From assembly GCA_964408215.1 (NCBI GenBank), contig CAYOYQ010000001.1, forward strand, positions 4,059 through 68,058: 64,000 bases of DNA, read 5' to 3'. Below are positions 17,586-25,757 of the stretch, piece by piece. The position numbers were made by a program, and so were the translations under genes. This DNA comes from an uncultured Eubacteriales bacterium (GTDB lineage: Bacteria; Acidobacteriota; Aminicenantia; Aminicenantales; Saccharicenantaceae). The stretch's first letter is position 1, and the number at the start of each line of letters is the position of its first letter. Below the pieces are notes generated by a model. It was not told the DNA's origin. It searched no databases and worked only from the letters and a program-made list of their open reading frames with translations.

Positions 17586-19671
17586 GCGTCCCGTAGACCC
17601 GCTCCTTGAAAGCGACGAGGTGGGCATAAGCGTTCCCGAAGTCCCTCTTTTGGAGGTAGGCCAGGCCGAGCTGATACTCGACGTTCACCAGGTCCGGCGC
17701 GAGGGCGCGGGCCTTCTGCAGCAGCTCGATGGCCCGGTCGGCCTGTTCCGATTCGAGCAGGGCCCGGGCGAACAGCGTGAGCGCCTCGGCGTTCTTGGGC
17801 TCGAGGGCCGTCGCCAGCTCCAGCACGGCGATGGCCCGGTCGCGGTCGGCCGGGTCGACCGTCCGGAAATAGCGGCCGAGACGGGCGGACCCGAGGTTGT
17901 AGAGAGCGGCGAAATACTCGTCGTCCGCGGCGACGGCCTTTTCGAGGGCGGCGATGGCCCGCGGGACGTCCCCCGTCTTCTGATAGGCCCAGCCCTGGAA
18001 GAACCAGACGGTGCCGTCGTTCTCGAACTGGGGCAGGCCCGGCGCTTCGTCGACGACCCGGATGACGTCCGGCCACTTCTCCGCGGACACGAGCGCCGCG
18101 ACGTAGCTCGACAGGATGTCGTAGCTTCCGGGAAAACGGCGCCATCCGGCGGCGAGCGCGTCCAGGGCCCGGTCCCGGTTCCCCGAAGCCATATAGAGAT
18201 CGGCCAGATGGACGTAGGCGGCGTCAAGGGTCTTCGGCTCCCGGACGATCGCCTCCAGGCGCCGGACGGCCTCGTCTTCCTTCCCCTGGGCCTTGAGGTC
18301 GTAGGCCTCCGCGATCCGGTTGAGCAGGGGCAGGAGCGTCTTCGGGTCGTCGTCGGCGGTGAACGCGGTCTTCGGGCTCGCGCCGGCGCGGGCGACGTGG
18401 CCCAGGCTGGCCAGCTTCTCCTTCAGCTCGGGACTGGTCCTGGCCCGCGCGTTCGGCGGCGCGGCCGGGGTCAGGCCGGCAATGAGACGGTCGAGCTCGG
18501 TCCCGCGGGCGGCCAGGCCGGCCGTCGGGGCCAGGTTCTTCTCTTCCCCGAAGTCCTGGGCCAGGTCGTAAAGCTCCGGAAGGGGGGCCCGGACGAACTT
18601 CTCGTTCGCGGCGATGAAGCCCTGCATGGGCGCCCAACCCATCTCGTAATAGGGGCTGAGGCTCTCGATGTAGATGGGACGGGCGGTGAGAGACTTGCCG
18701 GCCAGGGCCGGCCGGAGGGACCGTCCCTGGGTCGCCGCCGGGGCCGGAACGCCCAGCAGATCGAGGAGGGTCGGCATGATGTCGCTTTGGGAGACTGCGG
18801 CCTCCGACCGGAACGGCCCGAGCTTGGGGGCGGAGATGACGAGAGGCACCCAGAGCGTGGCGTTGTGCGCCAAGTAGCCGTGGGTCTTTTCCCCATGGTC
18901 GCCGAGCCCTTCGCCGTGATCGGCGGTCAGGACGGTCAGCGTCCGCGCCGCCGCCCCGCTCGTTTCGAGGGCTTGGAGGAGAGGCCCCAGCGCGAAGTCG
19001 GTGTAGGCGACCTCTCCGTCGTAGGGACGGTCGCGGTACTCGGTCGCGAACGGCTCCGGCGGCGCGTATTCGGCGTGCGGGTCCCAGAGGTGGATCCAGA
19101 GGAACCACGGTCCGCCGCCGGCGGAACCGAGCCAGGCCAGGGCTTTTTCGACGGTCGTCTCGGCCTTCTGCTCGGCCGGCGAGATCTTCGGGGCCCCGGG
19201 GTTCCTGAACGTGTCGTCGTAGACGTCGAAGCCCTGGTCGAGCCCGAACCGGGAATCGAGCGGGCTGGCCGAGACGAAGGCTGCGGTCGCGTATCCCCGG
19301 GCCTTCAACTCTTCGGCGAGCGTGACGTTCTCCGGCCCGACCACGAAATCGATGTTGTCGTGGACGCCGTGGGCGAGCGGGGTCGTCCCGGTGAGGATGC
19401 TGGCGTGCGACGGCAGGGTCTGCGGCGTATGGGCGAAGGCCCTGAGGAACAGGGTCCCGCGCCGGGCCAGGCGGTCGATGTTCGGCGTTGGAACCGCCGG
19501 GCCGCCGTACCCGCCCACCCGATTGGCCCTCAGGGTGTCGATCGTGATCAGCAGGACATTGAGCCGCTTTTCCGGCTTGGGGGCATCCCCGGCGCAGGCG
19601 GCGCAGGCCAGGAGAACGGCCGGAACGAGGGCCGTCAGCAGCCGCGGCAAGGATGGCTCGAGCCTGTTCAT
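17521..19671 (-). CDS. Sulfatase-fold (alkaline-phosphatase superfamily) enzyme with C-terminal TPR repeats, lipoprotein (paralogue 2)
   Basis: 716 aa with lipobox LLAC. By eye roughly 70% identical to paralogue 1 over the catalytic domain, with the same TLPSHASILTG segment and a TPR-like tail. Confidence 0.85.
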   Translation of the reverse strand: MNRLEPSLPRLLTALVPAVLLACAACAGDAPKPEKRLNVLLITIDTLRANRVGGYGGPAVPTPNIDRLARRGTLFLRAFAHTPQTLPSHASILTGTTPLAHGVHDNIDFVVGPENVTLAEELKARGYATAAFVSASPLDSRFGLDQGFDVYDDTFRNPGAPKISPAEQKAETTVEKALAWLGSAGGGPWFLWIHLWDPHAEYAPPEPFATEYRDRPYDGEVAYTDFALGPLLQALETSGAAARTLTVLTADHGEGLGDHGEKTHGYLAHNATLWVPLVISAPKLGPFRSEAAVSQSDIMPTLLDLLGVPAPAATQGRSLRPALAGKSLTARPIYIESLSPYYEMGWAPMQGFIAANEKFVRAPLPELYDLAQDFGEEKNLAPTAGLAARGTELDRLIAGLTPAAPPNARARTSPELKEKLASLGHVARAGASPKTAFTADDDPKTLLPLLNRIAEAYDLKAQGKEDEAVRRLEAIVREPKTLDAAYVHLADLYMASGNRDRALDALAAGWRRFPGSYDILSSYVAALVSAEKWPDVIRVVDEAPGLPQFENDGTVWFFQGWAYQKTGDVPRAIAALEKAVAADDEYFAALYNLGSARLGRYFRTVDPADRDRAIAVLELATALEPKNAEALTLFARALLESEQADRAIELLQKARALAPDLVNVEYQLGLAYLQKRDFGNAYAHLVAFKERVYGTLTATEKAGLDALIQKVLTAKR

Positions 19672-19881
19672 GGGACGGTCGCTCCTCCCCAGATTAGTCT
19701 ATCCGGGGCCGTCTGACAAGGATGCCGCAAGAGGGCCCCCGGGGCCTCGGCGACGCTGTATGAGCCACCGGCGGGCGAAGATCCCTCAACGCGGCCATGA
19801 GCATGGAGATGCCTCTGGATTCGGAAGGCTTTTTCGATATAATCGATAGCCGGTCAACCTTATCGGACCCGTGAGGTGATC

Positions 19882-22305
19882 ATGAAAGCCGTATTACGAG
19901 CCCCCGCTGTCATCGCGACCATCGTTCTCCTGGCCATCCCCTTCATCGAGGCCGCGTCCGGGCCGGCGAAGCCCGCGATCGAGCCGAAGGCCCGCCCCTT
20001 GCCCCTGAGCGCCGTCCGCCTGACCGGCGGTCCGCTCAAAGAGGCCCAGGACCGCGACGCCGCCTACCTGCTCTCGCTCTCCCCGGACCGGATGATGGCC
20101 TTTCTCCGCAAGGCCGCCGGCCTCGAGCCCAAGGCCGAGGGCTACGGCGGCTGGGACGGCGACGACCGCCAGTTGACGGGGCACATCGCCGGGCATTACC
20201 TCTCCGGTGTCAGCCTGATGTTCGCCGCGACGGGCGACCCGCGGTTCAAGGAGCGGGCCGACTATCTCGTGGCCGAGCTCAAGGCCGTCCAGGCGAAGCA
20301 CGGCGACGGCTACATCGGCGCCCAGACCGACCGGGCCAAGACGCCCGGAAAAGTCCTCTACGGCCAGGTCGCCGCCGGGGACATCCGCTCGGCCGGGTTC
20401 GATCTCAACGGCATGTGGTCGCCCTGGTACGTCCAGCACAAGATCTTCGCCGGCCTCCGCGATGCCTACCGGTTCGCGGGGAGCCGCGAGGCCCTCGAGG
20501 TCGAGACGAAGTTCGCGGCCTGGGCCGAAAGCGTCCTGGCCAAGCTCGACGACGCCCAAATCCAGAAGATGCTGGGCACCGAGTTCGGCGGCATGAACGA
20601 GGTCCTGGTCGACCTTTACCTCGACACCGGCGACGCGCGCTGGCTCCGTCTGGCCGACAAGTTCGACCACCGGGCCTTCGTCGAGCCGTTCGCCCGCGGC
20701 GAGGACATCCTCCGGGGCAAGCACGGCAACACCCAGGTCCCGAAGATGCTCGGCGTGCTGGCCCGCTACGAGGCGACCGGGAAACCCGCCGACGGCGCCG
20801 CGGCGACCTTCTTTTGGGAGCGTGTGGCCCTCCATCACAGCTTCGCCACGGGCGGCCACGGCCGGAACGAGTACTTCGGCGAGCCCGACAAGCTCAACGA
20901 CATGATCGAAGGGCGGACGGCCGAGACCTGCAACGTCTACAACATGATCAAGATGTCGCGGGCCCTGTTCGCGCTCGACCCGGAGATCCGTTACGCCGAC
21001 TTCCACGAGCGGGCCCTCTTCAACCACATCCTGGGCTCGATGGACCCCGCCGACGGCGCGACGTGCTACATGGTCCCGGTCGGCCAGAGCGTCGCCCGCG
21101 AGTACCAGGACATGCAGGAAGATTTCACCTGTTGCGTCGGGTCGGGGATGGAGAGCCACGCCCTCCACGCGTACGGGATCTATTATGGGTCCGGGGACAC
21201 GCTCTGGGTCAACATCTACGCGCCGTCGACGGCGGATTGGGCGGCGGCCGGCGTCCGCCTGACCATGACCACGAGCTTTCCGGAAGGGGAGACGGCCGGG
21301 CTCGCGCTCGAGGTGAGGAAGCCGCGGCGCTTCACCGTCGCGCTGCGCCGCCCGTACTGGGCGGGCGACGGCTTTGTGGTCAAGGTCAACGGCAAGGCCA
21401 TCAAGGATCCGGGACAGGCAGACTCTTACGTCCGCCTCGACCGGAAATGGAAGAACGGCGACAAGATCTCTCTGGTCCTGCCCAAATCGCTCCGGCTCGA
21501 GCCCCTGCCCGACAATCCCGACCGGGCGGCCATCATGTGGGGGCCGCTTGTCCTCGCCGGCGACTTGGGCACTATCCCCGAGAGGAGACCGAGGGGCGAG
21601 GGCGGAGCGGCGGGCGCTCCGGCGGCCAAGGCGGCGCCGCAGTGGCCCGTGACGCCCGTCTTCGTGACCCCCGCGGCCGGGCGCCCGGCCGAATGGATCA
21701 AACCGGTCGAAGGCCGGCCGGGCGTCTTCCGGACCGCGGGCGCGGGTCGCGACGCCGACGTCGATCTCGTCCCGTTCTATCGCCTGCAGCGGCGGGTCTA
21801 TACGGTCTATTGGGACATCCTGACCCCGGAGAAATGGGAGGCCCGGGCCGCGGCCCTGAAAGCGGCCGAAGAGGCCAAGCGGAAGCTCGAAGCGGCGACG
21901 GTGGCCTTCGTCCAGCCGGGCCAGATGCAGGCCGAGCGCGACTTCAACATGCAGGGCGGCAAGACCTCGCCCATCCAGCGCCGGGGCCGCTACGGCCGCC
22001 GGGCGTCGGACTGGTTCTCGTTCGACCTCGCCGTCGATCCGTCGGCGCCGCTCGGCCTGGTCGTGACGTACAACCGCGACGAACAGGCCGAGCGCGCCTT
22101 CGCCGTCCTCGTCGACGGCCGGAAGGTCGGGGAGGAACGCATCCCGCGGCGCAGTCCCCAGGAACAAGAGGGCTTCTTCGACGTCGCCTACCCCATCCCG
22201 GCCGACGCCGTCACGGGGAAGTCGAAGGTCACGGTCCGGTTCGAGGGGATCGGCGGCCGGGAGACGGCCACGGTCTACGGCATCCGCGTCATCCGGACGC
22301 GCTAG
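19882..22305 (+). CDS. Glycoside hydrolase family 127-like (beta-L-arabinofuranosidase / DUF1680)
   Basis: Signal peptide. Long alpha/alpha-toroid-type region, then EDFTCCVGSGMESH, which resembles the Cys-rich metal/catalytic site of GH127. ATG at 19882 is preferred over GTG at 19876 (GAGG 5 nt upstream). Confidence 0.8.
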   Translation: MKAVLRAPAVIATIVLLAIPFIEAASGPAKPAIEPKARPLPLSAVRLTGGPLKEAQDRDAAYLLSLSPDRMMAFLRKAAGLEPKAEGYGGWDGDDRQLTGHIAGHYLSGVSLMFAATGDPRFKERADYLVAELKAVQAKHGDGYIGAQTDRAKTPGKVLYGQVAAGDIRSAGFDLNGMWSPWYVQHKIFAGLRDAYRFAGSREALEVETKFAAWAESVLAKLDDAQIQKMLGTEFGGMNEVLVDLYLDTGDARWLRLADKFDHRAFVEPFARGEDILRGKHGNTQVPKMLGVLARYEATGKPADGAAATFFWERVALHHSFATGGHGRNEYFGEPDKLNDMIEGRTAETCNVYNMIKMSRALFALDPEIRYADFHERALFNHILGSMDPADGATCYMVPVGQSVAREYQDMQEDFTCCVGSGMESHALHAYGIYYGSGDTLWVNIYAPSTADWAAAGVRLTMTTSFPEGETAGLALEVRKPRRFTVALRRPYWAGDGFVVKVNGKAIKDPGQADSYVRLDRKWKNGDKISLVLPKSLRLEPLPDNPDRAAIMWGPLVLAGDLGTIPERRPRGEGGAAGAPAAKAAPQWPVTPVFVTPAAGRPAEWIKPVEGRPGVFRTAGAGRDADVDLVPFYRLQRRVYTVYWDILTPEKWEARAAALKAAEEAKRKLEAATVAFVQPGQMQAERDFNMQGGKTSPIQRRGRYGRRASDWFSFDLAVDPSAPLGLVVTYNRDEQAERAFAVLVDGRKVGEERIPRRSPQEQEGFFDVAYPIPADAVTGKSKVTVRFEGIGGRETATVYGIRVIRTR

Positions 22306-22313
22306 GCGGACCC

Positions 22314-22808
22314 ATGGACACCATTCGCATCCTGGTCACGGGCGGGACGTTCGACAAGGCCTACGACGAGCTGGCCGGCAACCTCTTCTTCCAGGACACT
22401 CATGTCCCCGAGATGCTCCGGCTGGGGCGGTCGGGGCTCAAGGTCGAGGTCCGGACCCTGATGATGGTCGATTCCCTCGAGATGACCGACGCCGACCGGA
22501 CGAGCATCCTCGAGCATTGCCGCAGCTGCCCTCGCGAGTGGATCGTCATCACCCACGGCACCGACAAGATGGAGATCACGGCCCGGGTCCTCGGGCCGGC
22601 GGTCAAGGACAAGACGGTCGTCCTGACCGGCGCGATGGTGCCCTACAAGTTCGGCTCGTCCGACGGGCTGTTCAACCTCGGTGCGGCCCTGGCCTTCGTC
22701 CAGGTCCTGCCGCACGGCGTCTACGTGGCCATGAACGGGCGGGCCCTGCCCTGGGACAAGGTCCGCAAGAACCGCAAGACCGGGATGTTCGAGGAGATCG
22801 AAGCCTGA
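22314..22808 (+). CDS. Single-domain asparaginase-like protein
   Basis: 164 aa. RILVTGGTFDK (compare asparaginase TGGTI) and ITHGTDKME (compare HGTDTM). It has only the N-terminal catalytic-type domain. It starts 8 nt after the GH127 stop. Confidence 0.7.
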   Translation: MDTIRILVTGGTFDKAYDELAGNLFFQDTHVPEMLRLGRSGLKVEVRTLMMVDSLEMTDADRTSILEHCRSCPREWIVITHGTDKMEITARVLGPAVKDKTVVLTGAMVPYKFGSSDGLFNLGAALAFVQVLPHGVYVAMNGRALPWDKVRKNRKTGMFEEIEA

Positions 22809-22814
22809 ACCGCG

Positions 22815-24146
22815 CTACCGGACGTAGCGCAGGACCCGGTCGAAGATGTCGGCGCCGATCTTCGCGGCCAGCTGGCCGGCCAGCTTCGCCTGGAGCTCCT
22901 CATCGGCTCTGAGCCAGGCTTCCTTGTCGAAGAGGGCCCGTTCGTCCCGGCTGAGGTCGAGCGTCGTGTAATCCCCCTCGTAATAGGCCCGCCGGAAAGG
23001 GGCGGAGACCGAGGCCGAGACGGTCTGCTCCTCGACGACCTTTCGCGTGGCGGGATCGACGACCTGGAAGATCGCCTCTCCGGTCAGCTTGGCCGTGTAC
23101 TTCTTTTCGGTGTAGCCCTCCAATTTCGTCCGGTCCCTGCGGAGAGGGACCTTGCGCAGGGTCTCTTCGGGGACGCCGTCTTCTTCGACGTAGGACTCGA
23201 GCCAGCCGACGACGACGAAGTCGGCCCGCAAGGCTTGGCCGACCAAAGCTGCCGTTTGAAGCGGGATCGCGCCGCTCCGGACCCGCAGCCGGGTCATCTC
23301 GCGGAAGATCTCGCCGCGGTCGATCGGGCCGACGAAGAGAGGCGGCTTGTCCATGTGCTCGTAGAGAAGCGCGTCGTAGAGGCGGTCTTCCATCCCCCGC
23401 GGCGCCCGGTCCGCCGCCCGCGGCTCGGCCCAGAAGGGGAGGACGGCGACGGTCCTGGTCCCGGCGTCCAGCGCGGCTTTCTGAATGGCCCGGCCTTCGG
23501 CCCCGGCCGGGCTGTCGGGGCCATAGATGTCCAGAGCGCTCTGGGCGTGGGTGTAGGCCGACCGGAAGGACGCGTGCTCCATGTCCTGTCCGGCCCAGCG
23601 GAGATGGACCCGGGCCCGGGCCTCGTCCAGACGCAGCCGTTGCTCCGAAGCCAGCGGGTACGGCACCATCTGTTCGTATTTCTGCAGCGCGCCGGGCCAG
23701 TTCGCCGCGCTCTCGAGCTCTTCTCCCTGCCGGGAGAGCGACGTGACGGCGGCGTCGACCATGTCCAGACGAAAACGCGCATAGTTGTCGGGCACGGGAA
23801 GGATGACGCCCACCTGCTCCGTCCGGGCCCTCAGACCGTCGATGCGGAGGATCGAGGCGACGGCGCCTTCATACAGGCCGTCCGCTTCGTCCGCCTTGGC
23901 CCGGTCCAGGTAGTCTTCGATCATGCGCGGGCCCATGTCGGCGAGGCGCTGCCGGGCGTCCTCCCGGCCGGGCTCCTTGCTCAACACGGTGATGTAGCGT
24001 TGGGCCGCCTCCTCGAGCCGGCCCTGGCTTTCGAGCTTCTGGCCCTTCTGGTAGCGCTTCTCAGTGCTGACGCAGCCGGAGACGGCGAAGAGAAGGAAGG
24101 CGGAAACGACCGCTGCGAACGACCGTTGTCTGGATGTCATGATCAT
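22815..24146 (-). CDS. Lipoprotein with helical N-domain and CsgG/TolB-N-like C-domain
   Basis: Start MIMTSRQ at 24146. Lipobox FAVSGC. The C-terminal half has TVAVLPFWAE...LYDALL...FVGPIDRGEIFREM...ALVGQALRADFVVVGWL, the pattern of CsgG/LpoB-type periplasmic lipoprotein domains. Confidence 0.6.
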   Translation of the reverse strand: MIMTSRQRSFAAVVSAFLLFAVSGCVSTEKRYQKGQKLESQGRLEEAAQRYITVLSKEPGREDARQRLADMGPRMIEDYLDRAKADEADGLYEGAVASILRIDGLRARTEQVGVILPVPDNYARFRLDMVDAAVTSLSRQGEELESAANWPGALQKYEQMVPYPLASEQRLRLDEARARVHLRWAGQDMEHASFRSAYTHAQSALDIYGPDSPAGAEGRAIQKAALDAGTRTVAVLPFWAEPRAADRAPRGMEDRLYDALLYEHMDKPPLFVGPIDRGEIFREMTRLRVRSGAIPLQTAALVGQALRADFVVVGWLESYVEEDGVPEETLRKVPLRRDRTKLEGYTEKKYTAKLTGEAIFQVVDPATRKVVEEQTVSASVSAPFRRAYYEGDYTTLDLSRDERALFDKEAWLRADEELQAKLAGQLAAKIGADIFDRVLRYVR

Positions 24147-24152
24147 AAGCGA

Positions 24153-24182
24153 TTTGTAAGGTATGGAGGCCGGCCCTGTCAA
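24153..24182 (-). promoter_or_regulatory. Candidate promoter for the 22815-24146 lipoprotein gene
   Basis: On the minus strand: TTGACA (24182-24177), 18-nt spacer, TACAAA (24158-24153). The ATG at 24146 lies 6 nt after the -10 element. Confidence 0.3.
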
Positions 24183-24259
24183 GAGGATCCGCGTTATAAG
24201 CCTCTGAAAGGTTTCATTATTGGGCATGTCGCCCGACAAAATATGTGAAGGAATTGGAC

Positions 24260-25120
24260 ATGAAAGCACCCCGGGTGAGAGGCGATGTCGGCTTTCTCGC
24301 CTTTGTCCTCATCGGCCTAATCGGCTGCCGGGCCGCCGTCCGTACCGTCCCCGCTCCCGATCCCCCGGTCCGTCCCGCGCCCGAAGCGGCGACTTCTCGG
24401 CCGGCGCCCGCGCCGGCTCCCGCCGCAGCCTCGACGACCGCAACGCGGTTGGGTTACTCCGTCCAGGTCGGCGCCTTCTCGGTCGAGGCCAACGCCCAAA
24501 AGCTGGTCGAGTCCTTGGCCGCCTTGGGCCTGGACGCCTTCTATTTCCCGAACGGGGCGGGCCTCTACAAGGTCCGCTTCGGGGACTTCCCGTCCAAGGC
24601 CTCGGCCGACCGCGAGGCTCGCCGGCTCGTCAAGGGAGCGCTGATAAGGGATTATTTCGTCATCGCGCCCGGCGAGCACGCCGTTCTGGTCCCGGGCCGC
24701 CCGGGCCGGTCGATCCGGGACAGGCTGGTCGACGCGGCCGAGAGTTTCATCGGCTCGGACTACGCCTGGGGCGGGACGACGGCGCGCGGCGGCTTCGACT
24801 GCAGCGGTCTCGTGCGGGCGGTCTATCAGCTGAACGGCCTCGACCTGCCCCGCTCCGTCGCCGACCAGTATCGGGCCGGGATGGATGTCGCCAAGGACCG
24901 TCTGGAAAAAGGCGACCTTGTCTTCTTCTCGTCGACGCCCGGCGGCGAGCGGTCCCACGTCGGCATCTATGTCGGCGGCGACGCCTTCGTCCACGCCCCC
25001 GGCACGGGCAAAAAGGTCCGCCGCGAATCGCTCGAGAGCCGTTATTTCCGGAACAACTTCCGCGGGGGCCGGGCCTATCTCGGCGATCTCACGGCCCGGA
25101 AGAGCGCCCGGACGAAATAG
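24260..25120 (+). CDS. SPOR-domain NlpC/P60 (C40) peptidoglycan endopeptidase lipoprotein
   Basis: Lipobox LIGC. SPOR-like YSVQVGAFSVEANAQKLV...YKVRFGDF. NlpC/P60 core YAWGGTTARGGFDCSGLV...GDLVFF...SHVGIYVG...FVHAP. ATG at 24260 is preferred (GAAGGA upstream); GTG at 24245 is possible. Confidence 0.85.
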   Translation: MKAPRVRGDVGFLAFVLIGLIGCRAAVRTVPAPDPPVRPAPEAATSRPAPAPAPAAASTTATRLGYSVQVGAFSVEANAQKLVESLAALGLDAFYFPNGAGLYKVRFGDFPSKASADREARRLVKGALIRDYFVIAPGEHAVLVPGRPGRSIRDRLVDAAESFIGSDYAWGGTTARGGFDCSGLVRAVYQLNGLDLPRSVADQYRAGMDVAKDRLEKGDLVFFSSTPGGERSHVGIYVGGDAFVHAPGTGKKVRRESLESRYFRNNFRGGRAYLGDLTARKSARTK

Positions 25121-25131
25121 AACTTCATCAC

Positions 25132-25383
25132 TCAGGAATAGGCGTCCATGCGGTGTTTGATCCGGTAGATAAAAACGCGCCTGCCCGCGTCGTCGATCCG
25201 ATACAGGATGCGATGATCGCCCGCCCGAACCCGATAGCCGTCCTCATCCGTCAGCTTGAGAGAGCCGGGCGGCCGGGTGTCCTCCCGCAGGGCGCGGATC
25301 TTCCTGATGACCCGGGCGAAGGTCTGGGTCTCCAACCTGTCGAGATCCTTCTGGGCCGGGGGGAGGAGCAGGATCTCATACAC
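25132..25383 (-). CDS. Type II toxin, RelE/ParE family
   Basis: 83 aa: MYEILLLPPAQKDLDRL...IRKIRALREDTRPPGSLKL...YRVRAGDHRILYRIDDAGRRVFIYRIKHR, the canonical RelE/ParE layout. It overlaps the antitoxin gene by 8 nt. Confidence 0.85.
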   Translation of the reverse strand: MYEILLLPPAQKDLDRLETQTFARVIRKIRALREDTRPPGSLKLTDEDGYRVRAGDHRILYRIDDAGRRVFIYRIKHRMDAYS

Positions 25384-25615
25384 GGCGCTTCTTCACGTAT
25401 TCATCGAGGCCGAGGGCCTTGCCCTCGAGGGGACGCAGGTTCTTCAGGTCGACCAGGTCCTCCTTGAGCTCTTCCAGAGAGAGTTTTTCGAGGACGGCCT
25501 TTTCGACGAAAAAGCCGTATTTGAGCCCCCGCTCGCGGCAAAAATGTTTGACCCTCTCGGCGACGGCCGGATCGATCTTCACGGCCAACACGGTCTTTTC
25601 ATCTTTCATGACCAC
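25376..25615 (-). CDS. Cognate antitoxin (small DNA-binding type)
   Basis: 77-79 aa, immediately upstream of and overlapping the toxin gene. The start is GTG at 25615 or ATG at 25609. Confidence 0.7.
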   Translation of the reverse strand: MVMKDEKTVLAVKIDPAVAERVKHFCRERGLKYGFFVEKAVLEKLSLEELKEDLVDLKNLRPLEGKALGLDEYVKKRRV

Positions 25616-25618
25616 TTC

Positions 25619-25647
25619 ATAATAGGCTAATGAGTTGAATTAGTCAA
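25619..25647 (-). promoter_or_regulatory. Candidate promoter of the toxin-antitoxin operon
   Basis: On the minus strand: TTGACT (25647-25642), 17-nt spacer, TATTAT (25624-25619). The start codons lie 3 nt (GTG) and 9 nt (ATG) downstream of the -10 element. Confidence 0.45.
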
Positions 25648-25655
25648 GATAAAGT

Positions 25656-25667
25656 TAACTATAGTTA
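25656..25667. promoter_or_regulatory. 12-bp perfect palindrome, candidate antitoxin operator
   Basis: TAACTATAGTTA is its own reverse complement. It lies 8 nt upstream of the -35 element of the TA promoter, in an AT-rich intergenic region. Confidence 0.3.
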
Positions 25668-25702
25668 GATCCGGCCTAGATTGAAGTGCGCTCACACGTT
25701 CC

Positions 25703-25731
25703 TTGACGCCCACGGAGGCTGCCGATATCAT
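25703..25731 (+). promoter_or_regulatory. Candidate promoter for the BNR-repeat gene
   Basis: TTGACG (25703-25708), 17-nt spacer, TATCAT (25726-25731). ATG at 25758. Confidence 0.45.
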
Positions 25732-25757
25732 GGAGCCCGAAAGAGGGAGTCGGGTTC

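Noticed and set aside
13978-19671. Functional link between the FGE-like gene (51140) and the two sulfatase-fold genes
   Set aside because: Both sulfatase-fold proteins have Thr-x-P-x-His rather than Cys/Ser-x-P-x-Arg at the modification site. They therefore do not look like formylglycine-dependent sulfatases.
17545-19716. 723-aa plus-strand ORF (and its analogue at 13948-15639) opposite the sulfatase-fold/TPR genes
   Set aside because: These are shadow frames of the two paralogues. Their mutual similarity simply reflects the paralogy of the real genes on the other strand.
19894-22167. 757-aa minus-strand ORF opposite GH127; similar cases are 30016-32298, 48698-51085, 54416-55951, 57162-58136 and 57808-58761
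   Set aside because: All overlap genes that have recognisable motifs, signal peptides and RBSs on the other strand. All have shadow-frame composition.
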